This document shows, piece after piece, positions 14,301 to 26,600 of a stretch of 64,000 nt of DNA (positions are counted from its first letter, which is position 1; every line of letters starts with the position of its first letter). A model generated the notes under the pieces. That model did not search any database. It had not been told where the DNA came from and saw only the letters and a program-made list of their open reading frames with translations. The translations under genes were made by a program, and so were the position numbers. Source of the stretch: Raillietiella orientalis (taxonomy: Eukaryota); contig JAYWIR010000018.1 of NCBI GenBank assembly GCA_036172245.1, positions 2,108,001 to 2,172,000 on the forward strand, read 5' to 3'.

Positions 14301-16730
14301 ATCCTAGTAACCAGATGAGTTCTTATGGAGCTTCGGAACTGAACCGGAGCCAGTCGACCTCTTCCGCCTGCTTGTCGACTTTGGTCGGAATTCATCAGCT
14401 CGGCCTTCTCTGCCAGCCTACTCCTCTGGGGGAAGAAGGCTCATGAGGAAGAAAGTGAGAGTGAAAGACAAGACTGGCCCTCGGATAGGATCCCACTGTC
14501 TCTAGTGGTTTAGACCGAACATCCTGTCGCTCGCTGAGCCACTCTAATTTTCTTGAACCCTGTAAAAAATGAGGTGGCTTCAGATATCCCGAGAGGGCAC
14601 TCTGCAACGCCACTCTCCCGCCAACAATCGGAAAAGAGATCAAACTCTGTAATCAGACTCTCACGATTCTCTGTCAAACTACTTCCTCTGGAGAATGGCG
14701 TCATGAGCATTCCTGTTAGACTCATCTTTAGCCTGGTCCCTTGAGTTCCTTCCATGGTTCCTTGAGTGGCTGGCGACGAGCTCAGGGTTGCGTCATTCTT
14801 GTTCGTCCCTGTCAGACTGATCCCATCAAGAGGTTTTTGACATTGAAGATTTCTTGCAACTCCCGTTTTGGGGATCACCGAATCAACTGTTGGAATCTTG
14901 GCTATTGGACATTCCTCCTTCTTCGGAAGAAGAATACTTCCTTCAATGCGAGGAAGACTCGTAGAGTAATGATATGGAAATTGAATGGGAGGAAGCGAAG
15001 AGGGTTGCATTGCCCAGATGGAGAGACTCCCTACCCCCCTTCTGGCTGGAAAGGATTTCTCTGCTAGTCGTGGAGACTGAACCGCCGTCGTATAGCTCTT
15101 CTCAGGGATCGAGATGTGAATGGGGACTCTCGAGGTCTTGGGAATCCGCGTGAGGTCCGGCTGCTTGGATTTTCTTTCTCAGCATTATCCTTTCGATTGC
15201 CTCTCCCCCTTTCCTCTTCCCCCAACGGTCGATGTCCGATCACTGGCCCATTTCCAGCAAACATACCAGAAGGGTTGCACAAGAGAGTGCACTTGGAACA
15301 GACTGGACGGTGGACGTGTTAAGGGAATGAAAGGCCTGCCCTTCATCTTTTTACACGCTCTTTTATGTACTCTTCTCGTGCTCGCTGATGTCCCTGCTTC
15401 CACGGAAGATTCAGATCGATAATGATCGCACCTTCTCTTTCACCAGCTCTCTCTCCACGGGAAGAATCGAATTGAGAATCCGTCTGTGGATCCCGGTGAG
15501 ACAGCTGCCGCTACCAGAGGAACGCAGCTGACTTTTTGCTTTGGTTCTCGAAAGGGCAGGATTTACATCGATCAGTGACACTGATCATTGATAGTGAATA
15601 ACAATGCGCGGGATGAATGACGAATCCTCTCGTGTGCAAGGCACCAGAGGATGAGCAAACATCGCATACTGAAGAACCAGAAGCAAGCAAACAAACAAAC
15701 GGTGCTCTTCTGCGGCTCGTTCCTATGAGGTTCGAGCCTTCGAGAGGGAAGAGGATAGTTTCACCGCAAAGAAGCACCGTACCTTCCGTCCTTGCCCGAA
15801 CTTTGATCTTGGCCAGAATCTCCTGTTCGTTTCGTTTCACGTGGAAGACTTCGGAATAGCGACGAGGATAGGGGTCAGTGAAGAGTCTCACTCTGACCCC
15901 ATGAGCTTTGTCTGCTCCCATATTCTCCACCAGTTCCGCTGTGAAAGGTTCCTCCGTAGCTGTGGAGTCTCCTCCTTCTCTCGAGATCGTCACCCGAGAC
16001 GGCATCTGTTCGAAAATCGTTTTGAGGAACTGAGACTGGATAGGTTCGCAATGGGGGAGCAAGAGATGGAGACATGGGGGACTCTGCAGAGTCGTCTGAA
16101 CCAAGCGCGAGAATGTACAAAGGAAGGGGAAGAATCTTTCCCTTCTTCCTGAGAGGAGCAGTTAGTGTTCTTCAGAGGTGAGCGAGAGGTCTCCCAGAGT
16201 GCTGCGGGAGACTCGATCAAAAAAGGTGTATGAAGCAACCGGAAAGATCAGCAGGTTCTGGTTGATTTCAAAGACACAAAAGATGGTGATCGCGTGCCAA
16301 TCGTGGGCAACAGCCACGTGGATGAAACGAAATGGATATCTCCTTGGCACCCAATCGAAATCGGATACTTTCTGGATTATACAAGCTATCCAAACGTAGC
16401 AAAGGGGAAACTGAGGGAGAGCATTTCAAGCCTTGGACGCTAAGGTCCCTCAGGGAGGGATGTGCTCTGGTGAACTTTCTCCTGGAGTCCCCGCGTTCGT
16501 TGCTTGCGCTTGTGGTGCAGTTTTGCAAGTTGCGACTTGGATGTGGCTCCTCAGTGAGAAAGGAAGGGCACGTAAACACATTCAAGTGAAATTGCGGGAA
16601 TGAGGAGGTGCATGACCCTTCGGTACCTGGTGCAGCCAGCGACCCAAAGATGATGAGAATCCTTTCGGCTTTTCCTGTTTTTGCTGCTTCCTTCGAGCTT
16701 TTTTCTTTTTTTCGGGTTTTCGCTGCCAAG
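2316..16730 (-). CDS. CFAP65: Divergent cilia- and flagella-associated protein 65 (CCDC108)-like multi-exon gene; 5' end uncertain, may extend to about 17500
   Basis: Collinear minus-strand peptide blocks resemble CFAP65 as I recall it: ~16300-16390 YNPESIRFRLGAKEISISFHP; ~15783-16100; ~13630-13700 RCLDLFGVLRTG..KLLGTC, splicing to 13134-13400 PSLVIEEK..AAQFQFQTDNDYSLFRVDP..FTRKLPLIVHNQ; ~11210-11350 EVIPRWVDFGFC; ~10620-10765 FLVCPTSISVSPG..FVPDVTDSLFGAEVESF; ~8300-8490 MRPLAGVLKSSFCLLVARFHP; ~7190-7400 LQLKNTSPVPAPW; ~6400-6610 HAFTPVFIGETEMPWQ; ~6140-6320 HLYNYGVEEVSY..RAENYGHDV..FWPIECKTYQ; ~5560-5900 VSFGTVPIRSTSSRLIHVVN; ~3910-4090; ~3730-3860 ..CMAKLL(R); terminal exon 2592-2316 DVIESEDF..APLFLQC..IDALLVEIFNE. 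GT/AG junctions were found for several exons; the full structure is not resolved. Confidence 0.8.
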
Positions 16731-19700
16731 TACCGAAGAACCGTTCACCTCCTCCTTAGCGGGAGCTCACAAAGCTCTTTGACGGTGTACACACCAACCT
16801 CGAGGATGCGTGTGACTCTTCAAGTTATAGGGGGTATCTCAAGGGACCACCCTATGAATCCAGAAAGGCTCCGAAGGAAGGAGTCAGTTCTTCCTACGCT
16901 TGGTAGGGAAGGTCCTCTTCTTCCGCTTGGTCCCCTTCCTCATTCTCTCCAGAGGAACCTTCCGGTTTGTGGGGGCCGCTACTCATTTCTTCTCCTAAGG
17001 GAACCCTGCAAGGGAACCGCTCCCTGTTTCCTCCTCTGAAGGGCGTTCCCCGAAGGGAGGAGCGCACCTTTTGATACTCTGGAGAGGCAGTTTCCTGAGG
17101 GAGGTATCAACCAGCTCCATTGGTACACGAAAGAGGGTTCGTTTGCACAACCGCAAGGGAACCCCGGAGGGAACTTCCAATCCTGGCTAGTCAGCGGGGC
17201 ATCCTGGTGTTTCCGGCTTCCACCAGTGCCGCACCCGGAGCCCATAGGCCAACCAGCGTCATCTTTGCAGGAAGGGGGGGGGGGATCGATACCCACGACG
17301 CACCCACTTCTCTGCGTCAATCCTCCGCGTGGAGATTCGAACCCGCACCACCACGGGTACCACCACGCGCGGAAGTACACGGTCTCCAACGCGGAAAGGA
17401 AAAGAGAAGAAAGGAAGGGAACATGCAAACGTACGGCACTGTAATTTCTACATCAGCAGGCTCGATGCAGGCATCGAGGAAAGGACGACGGAGATTCGGA
17501 TCTGCAACCTAAGGGTGCCCTGTGCGGATTCCTCGCTGAGGTCCTGACCTTGTCCCGAGAAAGGGAACCGACAAGCGCGCGCGATCACAGTGAATCCAGT
17601 GCAACCCAGCTGATTCTCCGAGGCGCAGCAGTTGTGTTGGAGACCGCATTTTTTTTTTTCCGTGATGGAGTGGGTGTGAATGACAGACCCATCCGTCGAT
17701 CTTGTGAGCGCAAAATCATCGGATGTCAGCGTGAGATGCGACTCCTTTCTCTCCATCCTGCTCACAAGAGTTTCCTGGAGACGAAGGAAGCTCTTCCCAT
17801 CAGTTAAAGGGAAAAAACGACTGTTATTCAGTTTCCATGCCTTTCGAGCGCTACCCGCGAAAGTCAAGGGCTCGCGAAGCAGAAGGATTGAGCAGCGGCA
17901 GCGGGACCTTTGCCAGATTAGCACGCAGAGCCCGAAAATCCAGGACCAGGGGAAAAAAATGAAATGAAATGCTTTCGATTCTTGAAAGGGCGCACGGCAC
18001 TTGGTATCAAGAAGGGTGAAGGTCACAGATACGGCAAAAGGCAGACTTTTTAATCCTGGAGATCCCCACGTTCATCGCAGGTGAATAAGAAGGAAAAGAA
18101 TCCCGACGTAGGATGTGATGAGGGGAAGTCTCTGGAAATGTGTGAGAAAAAGAATCCCACGGGAAGACACGAGTCCTCATGACAACGAAATGAAGGCTAC
18201 GATGGAGAGAAACTGCTGGATGAACAGCCTGCTCGCAAAACCGGGCAAAAGCGAAGAAAAAAGGGAAACTGAAACCCATGCCTTCCTGGAAGGCGTCTTT
18301 CAAAGATGGAAGAAGGAATTCCCATGAGGCGCTTCTCTGTCTCGAGCTTGGAAAGAGGCTCAACGCGCAGCTCAGAGACGTGCGGGGGCGGCTCATTCCT
18401 GAATGTCATTCGCGAACGTCCCTTGCAAAAAAAAAAAAAAAAAAACTTTGCCTTGGCACCACCTGGAGTCGCAACGCAAAGTTCCTTTCACCAGTTGTCA
18501 CATCCTCAGTGATTATGGCAAAATAATTATCATGGAGCTCTTTATCCCTAATTACTATGCGATCTCCGATCTGTGATTATTATAAAGTCCTCAGCTGATA
18601 GATTACTGGGAGGGCCTCGATCTTTAGGGAAGAGACGCAGATAGATATTTGGTCGAATGTTTCGGTAGCTTCCCCCCAGGCAAGCATGAGTCGTTGAGAG
18701 AGGCAGCTGATCCGTGTGGATTTGAGTCTGACTGGAAAGCCCCAGTCCGCCTGTGGAAGCACTGCTCCACGTCTCGGTTGGTGTCAGAAAATTTAGAATT
18801 TTCAGGACTTAGTTTTAGATTCAGAGGATTAGGGGATTTTTGTGTTTTAGATTCACTTCAGTTCAAAGTTTCGCTTCGATGCCTTGGATTTCCCATGATC
18901 CAGGGTTTTTCATCTCATCGACTCAAAAATAATGAACGTCGAAAATTTAGCGTATCTTTTCTTCGCAAGGTAACGGATCCTGATCAGAGATTCTTATGTT
19001 GGGTGAAGACCTCTCAGTTCCTCTTTTGAAAACAAACAACAAAAATCCATTTCTGGCTGAATTTCAAACTTGTTCCTTCGGGAAAGCTGGGATAGAGCTT
19101 CGTTTTCACGCATCCGTGTCGCTCAACAGTGTCCGAGAAGACGAACTGCTGTCAAGCCAAGCAACAAGTAGGATCCATCCTCCACCTATTTGTAGGAAAA
19201 ATAAGAGCTCCCACTTCGAAGAAATGCGGAAATAAAATGCAACAAGGTATTTATTCGTTTATGTGTGACCAACGCTTATGAAGACGCTGCATTCTCTGAA
19301 GTGGTCACAATCAGAGGCATTTGTAAGCTTTTGTGGCTTCGATCTTGAGATACTTCTTGAGGAAAAAAGTCTTTCTCATTGGGTAGTGACGGCTGAACTT
19401 TTTGCTTGAGAAATCGAAAGGGTAATTTGAGAAGCTGTGGCGTAACATGATTGGGGATTCCATGAACATCATGTCCACGATGGTTACTCATCTTGTTCAT
19501 TGCAGCTGCAAAGATCGTTGTTGGAGGGTGTCGTGACGTTAAACACGTTGGCAAATTAATGATCCCATAGATTAACGCAACAGATGCTGCCGTTTTGCTG
19601 TTGGCCTGTAACTTGAGGTTTGCACGAGAGGTGTGCATCATGTAGGTGTTCTCGAAAGCAACGAAAAACTCTTCATCGAGCAAGTTTCAAACAGATTCTA

Positions 19701-20914
19701 AAGATATCAAACCTTACACGATAACTCCAGAAAACGAACATTTTTCAATCGTTCAGAGCGTTGTTGATCATATTAGTCCAGATGTATGCGTTTCCATTGC
19801 ACTCTGAAAGGCGTTCCTGAGCTCATATCTTACACTCTGGAGAGGCTGCACTGTGTTTCAAGACAGCCATATCTCACACATTGGAGAATTTTTCTGCTCG
19901 GATTCCGGATTTCTCGAAACACTGCCTCAGTTTATGACAATTCTTCTGGAACATTTTACACCATGTGACAAACTGAATTTCCTGAAATGAGGGAGATTCC
20001 ACCTCAGAGGAGCAGACGCTATCCATCTCCCGAGCTGAACTTCTTTGGGTATTTCATAGCTTCATTTTCCTTATTTAGAATGTTCATAATGATGCTCATT
20101 ATGAAATTCTGAAAGTAAAAGTTGCACGGTGATGATGTGGAATTAGTAAAAAGTCTTTGAAGAACTTCCATGGTGCTGAACATTCCATTCCTTTGAGTTT
20201 TCTAAATTTGTATAACAAGTCCAATTACCAAGTACTGTTCTAAGCATTGTTCACAAGTACATTATAAGCTTTACTGGTGAGGCACTTTTCTTTTATCTTT
20301 CCCTCCATTTCTGTACTCAGCATGTAACTGACATTTCATTACATTTTACTCCGCTTGAATCAGATAGACACTTCAGAAGTCACCATTTTCGGTTTGGAAG
20401 AATCTCCATGTACGTGTCTGCTTCAAGAAACAGCACAAACAGTTCACTCCTAATGAGATTAAAAAACGCTGCACAATTTATGGAAACCAGTCTGGTGCAG
20501 GAAATACTTATAACATGTCCATGCTTTGTTTGTACTTCTACCTAAAGAGCACATGAAAGACGAAAACCCCTCTTGACGATTCATGTATTTGCACTCGCAT
20601 ATAAAAACTAATAACTTCAGCATCTTTTCTTGAGATGATTGAAAGAAGCAAATGTGGAAGAACAGAACTGTTCGTGAGTTAAGTCGAAGAAGCACTCGAA
20701 ATCGCAGGCTGTAAATGTTAGGCATGGTGGAGTGCATATGGAAACTGCGCTTTTATCAGATTACGGCGCTCGGGGGTATCTGAGACATTGCGAAACGAGA
20801 TCATGTGGTTACAACTCTCTCGGAATGATTCCACGTTGAGCCAGCTTCTGCTGAGGAAACTAAGCACTTATTCTTTGCACATCACGTAAAAGATGTTGTC
20901 CGTAATCTAGGTTC

Positions 20915-21930
20915 ACATGCGTGAGTATGCGCACTCAAAAAGCGCGTTTGGGAATAGTAGGACAAAACCATGCAATAACGATAGGTGTTGCAGGCCCTGT
21001 GGCAATCAATGTTTCTCCAGTAAATATCAGATATGTGTGTCACTATTATCATATAATGATCGTGATTATTACTGGATAATTAATGATGCACATATCTGAC
21101 ATCTCCTGAGAAGTCCGTTCCATTCATTTGCATGTGAATTTCTCCAGAGAGCTGGGAGGTGAAATCGGCCTTTGTTCCTTTGGAGACCTTCAATTCAGAA
21201 TTGTTCACTTATTGCCTTGTGATGATCGGATATGGAAAAAGGAAAACACACTGCGTAGCCTGCTGACGAGTTCTGAAGCAGTTTATTGCATCTTCCCGTG
21301 GCGTGCTATCGCCAGTTACATTTACAGTGTGGCGTAAACCAGTAAAATGTTATCGTTACTTAGCCATAAATCGGGAAATGCTTCTCTGTATCCGTTTGAA
21401 CTATGGCTCCTCGCCAATGGATTTCAGTGATATGAATGAGCTACGGAGCGAGATAAAATGATGCCAATTATTGGAGTATTACTCCATGAAATTTCGAATG
21501 TGGGAACTAGTGGGTCAATACAGTGCCATATGCCTACAATAGGAAATGTACATTTCAGCAGGAAATACAAATTTCGATATCGACAGTAAACATAGATTTT
21601 GCAAACAGCATGAATATATAAATTCCACTGGAAGAAGAACAAAATTTGAACGTGACGTTCTCAAGATATTGGAATCAACAATACCTTTCTACTTCTGAGT
21701 CTTGGTATCCCTGCTAAGCTCAAATTCTTTTCCTTTGAGGAACCGACGGGTAGTAGGCCGAAATCCAAATCGAAAAGTTTCATCTTCGTCTGTGATCCCT
21801 TATGACAAATGCAGTTTACAGAAAGATATTGTTCTCTTTTGAATATTCTGATTACTGGAAATGACAGATACCTTCTGAAAAGTGACCACAAACGCCATAA
21901 GTCACAGTAATAATGCATTCCCTGCGTCAA
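20915..21930 (-). pseudogene. Possible decayed, AT-rich partial second copy of CFAP65
   Basis: Minus-strand fragments occur in CFAP65 order: QYLSVNCICHK..LDFGLLPVGSSKEKNLSL (~21715-21840), AYGTVL (~21525-21540), QICAS..DNSD (~21040-21100) and AWFCPTIPKRAF*VRILTH (~20915-20975). They are interrupted by stops and frameshifts. Matches are short and judged by eye. Confidence 0.3.
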
Positions 21931-23668
21931 AGTACAGTGTTCAGCATTGTTATGATTGGTAATTTGATAAAATCAAATCAGTGCGTGAGAACAAAGTGTA
22001 TGTTCCACATTCCAATTCTTTCCAGAAAATGCTGCAGGTTTAGATCAAGATTTAACAGCTCTCTGCATTATGGACTAGTAATGCAATTGATTTGCTTTTA
22101 AATAAGCATTTAAATATAGCTTTTCGTGCGTGATCTTTGGTATTTCCCATAGAAACCCACTGGATATTTTTTATAAATGAAAGCCAGAATCCATTCCGGT
22201 TTTTTAGGCCTTTTTGGGGGGGGGACTCTAATCACCGAAGCAAAAGATAACGCGAGTGACGTACTCGCTGAGAAAATCAGTCACATTTTTGCGGAATAAT
22301 TCGATTCATTTCGGATAAACTCAGCGTAGCAATTTATATGGACTTGGGCTAGCGTTTGAGATTTGAAATCGGCCTTCTAGTACACCGAACTCACAGTGTT
22401 TAGTGAGTTAACTCGTTTTCTATCTATCGATATCATTTGCAGAACTGTCTCTATTATTCTCACCGCCTCTACATTAAACGAAGCATCCAATCCCATATTA
22501 AAATCTAATGTAAGCTGACTGATTCATGAATTTTGATCGAATTTAAATTTCCTTTTTCCTAATGGAGTCGCCCATTTGAAAACGAACTTTTTTTCAAGTG
22601 ATGACGATTATTTTTCTTCGCCTTTCCTTTTATTATATATATACGTAATTGTGCATATTTTTACATTTCTCCTTTTCACATATTGATCCTAAATTTCAAA
22701 TGCTGTTAAAAATTCAAATCCATTGCATATCTGTGTCTCACAGAGTTTAGTGGTCTGCTGCTTCAATTTGCATGTGCAGCTTTGGAGTTCAAGCATAGAA
22801 GGAGTTCGTTCCTTCGGTTTCTTCATGTGTTCTTTTTTTACGATTTAAAAATTTGTTCATCTGAACTCAACTGTACTGATGAAAGAATATTTAGATCCAT
22901 GATCACCGAAAACTTTGTGGATTTCTGCTTCAGTTGAGACTCAGATTACATTACTTTTGTCTGCTTGATTTCCACTTGCATTTTTGACACCTCTACTGCG
23001 GGGTCTTGCTCCTTTTCAAAGGAAATCGCGGTATTTTGAAGTATTTCAATTGAAATACTTTTCCATATGTACTTCTTATTCAGATGGAACTGCTTAAATA
23101 TACTTGAGAGGATATTGTACACTGAAGTAACTTGGATTACGCGCTAATTGTACTCGATATGATTTTCTGTAACCTGCATACGAAGTGTGAACTCGAACAA
23201 GGGCTATTGGTAATCACTTTTATTTTTTTCCTCCTCACTCGAGTTTATCCTTCAAACAAAAACCCGGTTTTGCTTTTCGTTCATAAAAAGGGACAGTTCG
23301 TAGGGTTGTCTTTATTTTTCAAACGTTTACTTTTACTAATATTCGTGCTTACAGGTTTTTACGAAGCAAATGAAGCAGTCTGATATTCGGCATTGCACAA
23401 ATAGATTATGGCCTGGAAAGATTTGAAATGTTTGTACCCCCAAAGACGGGGTATTTGTGAGAAGATGGCTGCTGGAAACCAGGAAATGCTGCCAAAACGT
23501 TATCAACACTTAAAGATGCAATCACCATCCGTCAGCGAAAACTCGTGGTACGTGTGATTGTTAGCTGACAGCACTGACACACTACTTTCGAGAGATTTTA
23601 TATGTTTTTTTCTCCCCCCCCCATTTCTTTTACATTTTGCTTGTTTATGCATACTGGTTTGTTCCAAG

Positions 23669-26600
23669 ATGTTCCAAGTAAATAAGGAGGATTTACACAA
23701 TGTCATTTCATGTGCCAAGGATTGGATGTTGTCACATGGTAATTTAAATGTTTATATGCTGTAGCAAGATTTCTGTTTTCATTTGCAAGTATTTTTTATT
23801 ATGTACTTATTGTAAATTTGTGTCGTGTTAACGTAACTCTGTTTTAGGATGCTGTATGAAATCAAAATCCAATTATTCCGAGGATTCTGTTTCTTTTGTA
23901 CCCTTTGTATTGTTTCCTACACCATTTTCAAGCCAAGTGTTTTATAAAGCCAAATCGCTGCAAAAAGCTGTAAATGAGTTGATTCATAAAGTTTCGTGTG
24001 ATGACTCATTTCTAAGATGTTGTCTTGAAAGGTGATTTTTGCATACCTTTTAACATATATGTATTTATTAAGTTCACTTATTTGTGCACTTGTTTGTATT
24101 TTCAAGTGTTTGTTACCTACAAATCGAAAAGCAGTTCACATTCTTTTGTTTCAGTGTATTACCTGTTGATTCGTTCACAAGGAATTTGTTCGAAATTTAT
24201 GATCAAGTTGTGAAAGGAGGTGTGCATCAGGTATGTAGTGTATTTTAATTTAATGAATGCCTTTCAAATTCTGTATCATTATTAAATTTGCAAAGCACAT
24301 TAATATGTCATCAATGAACAACATCGAATGTAATATTGGTTAATAAAAGTACTTATTTAGTTTTATTAATTGTTTCATTTTTTTTCGTGAATTAATAGTA
24401 TTGTTAAAACTGTTCCTTGTGTGGCCACGTGGAAGGATCCCCTACGGAAGTTTAGAATTTTCCCAAGGAATTTAAAATTTCCGTAATTGATATTTTCTGA
24501 AATACTCCAGGAAGGCATTTTTGCATCTGACAGTTATTTTTTCAGTGCTTGTCAGTACTTGAGTTTGTTTTGTGTGCAAACTCACTGATGATTTTTTAAA
24601 AAACTGTTGCCATCCATGTTCTAGGACTTCAAATGTTTTTAAGATGATGTAGGTAAATAACAGTTTGGTAGAACCAGAATTGTAGATTGAGAGAAACTGG
24701 ATTTTTCATATTGGAAGGGATATGTAACTTTTCATTTGTTGTCATGTGCCTTTTGTAATTTTTTATTTACGGAATTTCGTATGTATGCATGTGTACCTGC
24801 ATGCATTCAGAAAACAGGAAGGTAATTTCTATCATTTAGAAATAAATACTTGAATATACGACAATTATTGAATCTAATGAGTATTCAGAAAATTGCAGTT
24901 GGTACATGATTGGTCAAAATATAATTCATTAATTTAGCTGAAACTTACTCGTTTATTGTCTATTACTGATACAGTCATCGTATTTTTCTTGAAAAACATC
25001 AAGTGAAACTTGAGCAAACAAGCACAATCAGAAATCCACAAGAATTTACCATCAATATTATGATAACAGTAGTATCTTTTTAGTATACATATTTTTTCTA
25101 TTTAGTCCATGTAACATTATGCTATGTAGTTTAGTACAGTCATCTACCAACTGACTAATTTAAGCTTCATTGATAAAGTCTTAATATGGATAAAACTTCT
25201 TAATATGAAATTTCATGAGTTATTATATTTTATCTTAAATTTGTTGAGAGTTCTGGAATTTTGCAATCAATCAAGTGAATTCAGATTCACATCAACCATG
25301 GTGAAGACTTGATAATTGATTTTTTTTTTTTTTTTTCCATCATTGGCAGTCACTCTATGAGACAACAGTGTAGGTGGCCTCCAAGTAACAAAAGATACAC
25401 AGTATTATATGCATTATCTGGAAAGTTCTCATATTTTGGCTTATTGATATGTATGTTCATGTTGTAAATATTATTATTACCAGGTCACTACTGCATTTCT
25501 TTCAAAGCTAGTCCCATCTTTGAATTTTCATACATCAGGATATTTGACAAATGCTTTACAAGAATTCAGTTGCACAATTTGTTATAACTGAATTACTTTC
25601 AGTTAAGTTTTTTCCCCTTGCTGAGGAAAACAGTTAATTTTTATTATTGCTCATACATTTTTTCTTCTCTGTTTTCAATTACGTTTTTTTTTCTCTCTCT
25701 TTCTCTCTTCATGATCACATGCAGTTGCATGTCTGCTTCATGCACATTGTCAGCATTATTTGCAAAAACGAAGTTAGTTTAACTCTTATCCATATTTAAT
25801 TGAATGTTAGACTTATCAAATAAAAATAAGAATAGAATATCTTGAAATGTCCTTAGGATAGAGTATGCCATTCACATGTATAAAGGCAGACATTTTATAA
25901 AATTCAGTTTCCACACTAATAGCAGAGGTCAGTTTGCAAATAAAAGAAAAATTTCATGTTATTGCTTATAAAAATATGCATGTGCTTCTAATTTGGCCAA
26001 GCAATGCAGCTGTGAATTACAAAGTTTTGATTAACAAATCAGTTGTGCATGATAATCAGAAGAATGTGGTTTTTATAAGGAATTAAGTGGACTTTGTGTA
26101 TTGATTGATCAAAATTTATGGTTATTATTACCTAGTAGACAAACAGCACAGAGTAATCACCCAACAGTGACATGAATGTTGAATTGATTGGTTTCCTTGA
26201 GATGTTGTATATTGTACTTCAAGCATATAATAGGTTTATTGGAAAGATGAGCAGGATTAATATTTGATTGAATTACTGTAATTCAATGGAATGTTAATCC
26301 TGTTAGCAATCAATGATGTTCCTGGGGGACAGTGTTTTCTAGTCTTCATACTTCACCCCTTGCTTTAAATCTTGCTTTAAACAAAATTTTGGATAATGCA
26401 TCAAAAAACACATCATAATAATTCCTGATTCAATTGGTATACTAGTTTAAGAATGATGTATTTATAAGTAATGTAGTTTGCATTTTCTTGTTTGTACATT
26501 ATAAATACCATCCACTTAATACAAATTGTAGGCATTTAGACACAGTACCTTTCACCTTCCCTTAATAAATGTAGAATTGATGCAATTAACCATGAGATTA

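Noticed and set aside
101..18500. Dozens of long overlapping ORFs on both strands
   Set aside because: Expected in GC-rich, GA-low-complexity DNA. They are Arg/Gly/Pro/Ser-rich with no recognisable domains, apart from the minus-strand CFAP65 exon blocks.
22235..22300. U12 snRNA-like look (aaagataacgcgagtgacgtactcgc hairpin followed by atttttg)
   Set aside because: It lacks the U12 5' sequence and the GUAAGGA branch-point pairing motif, so it is more likely promoter-region chance similarity.
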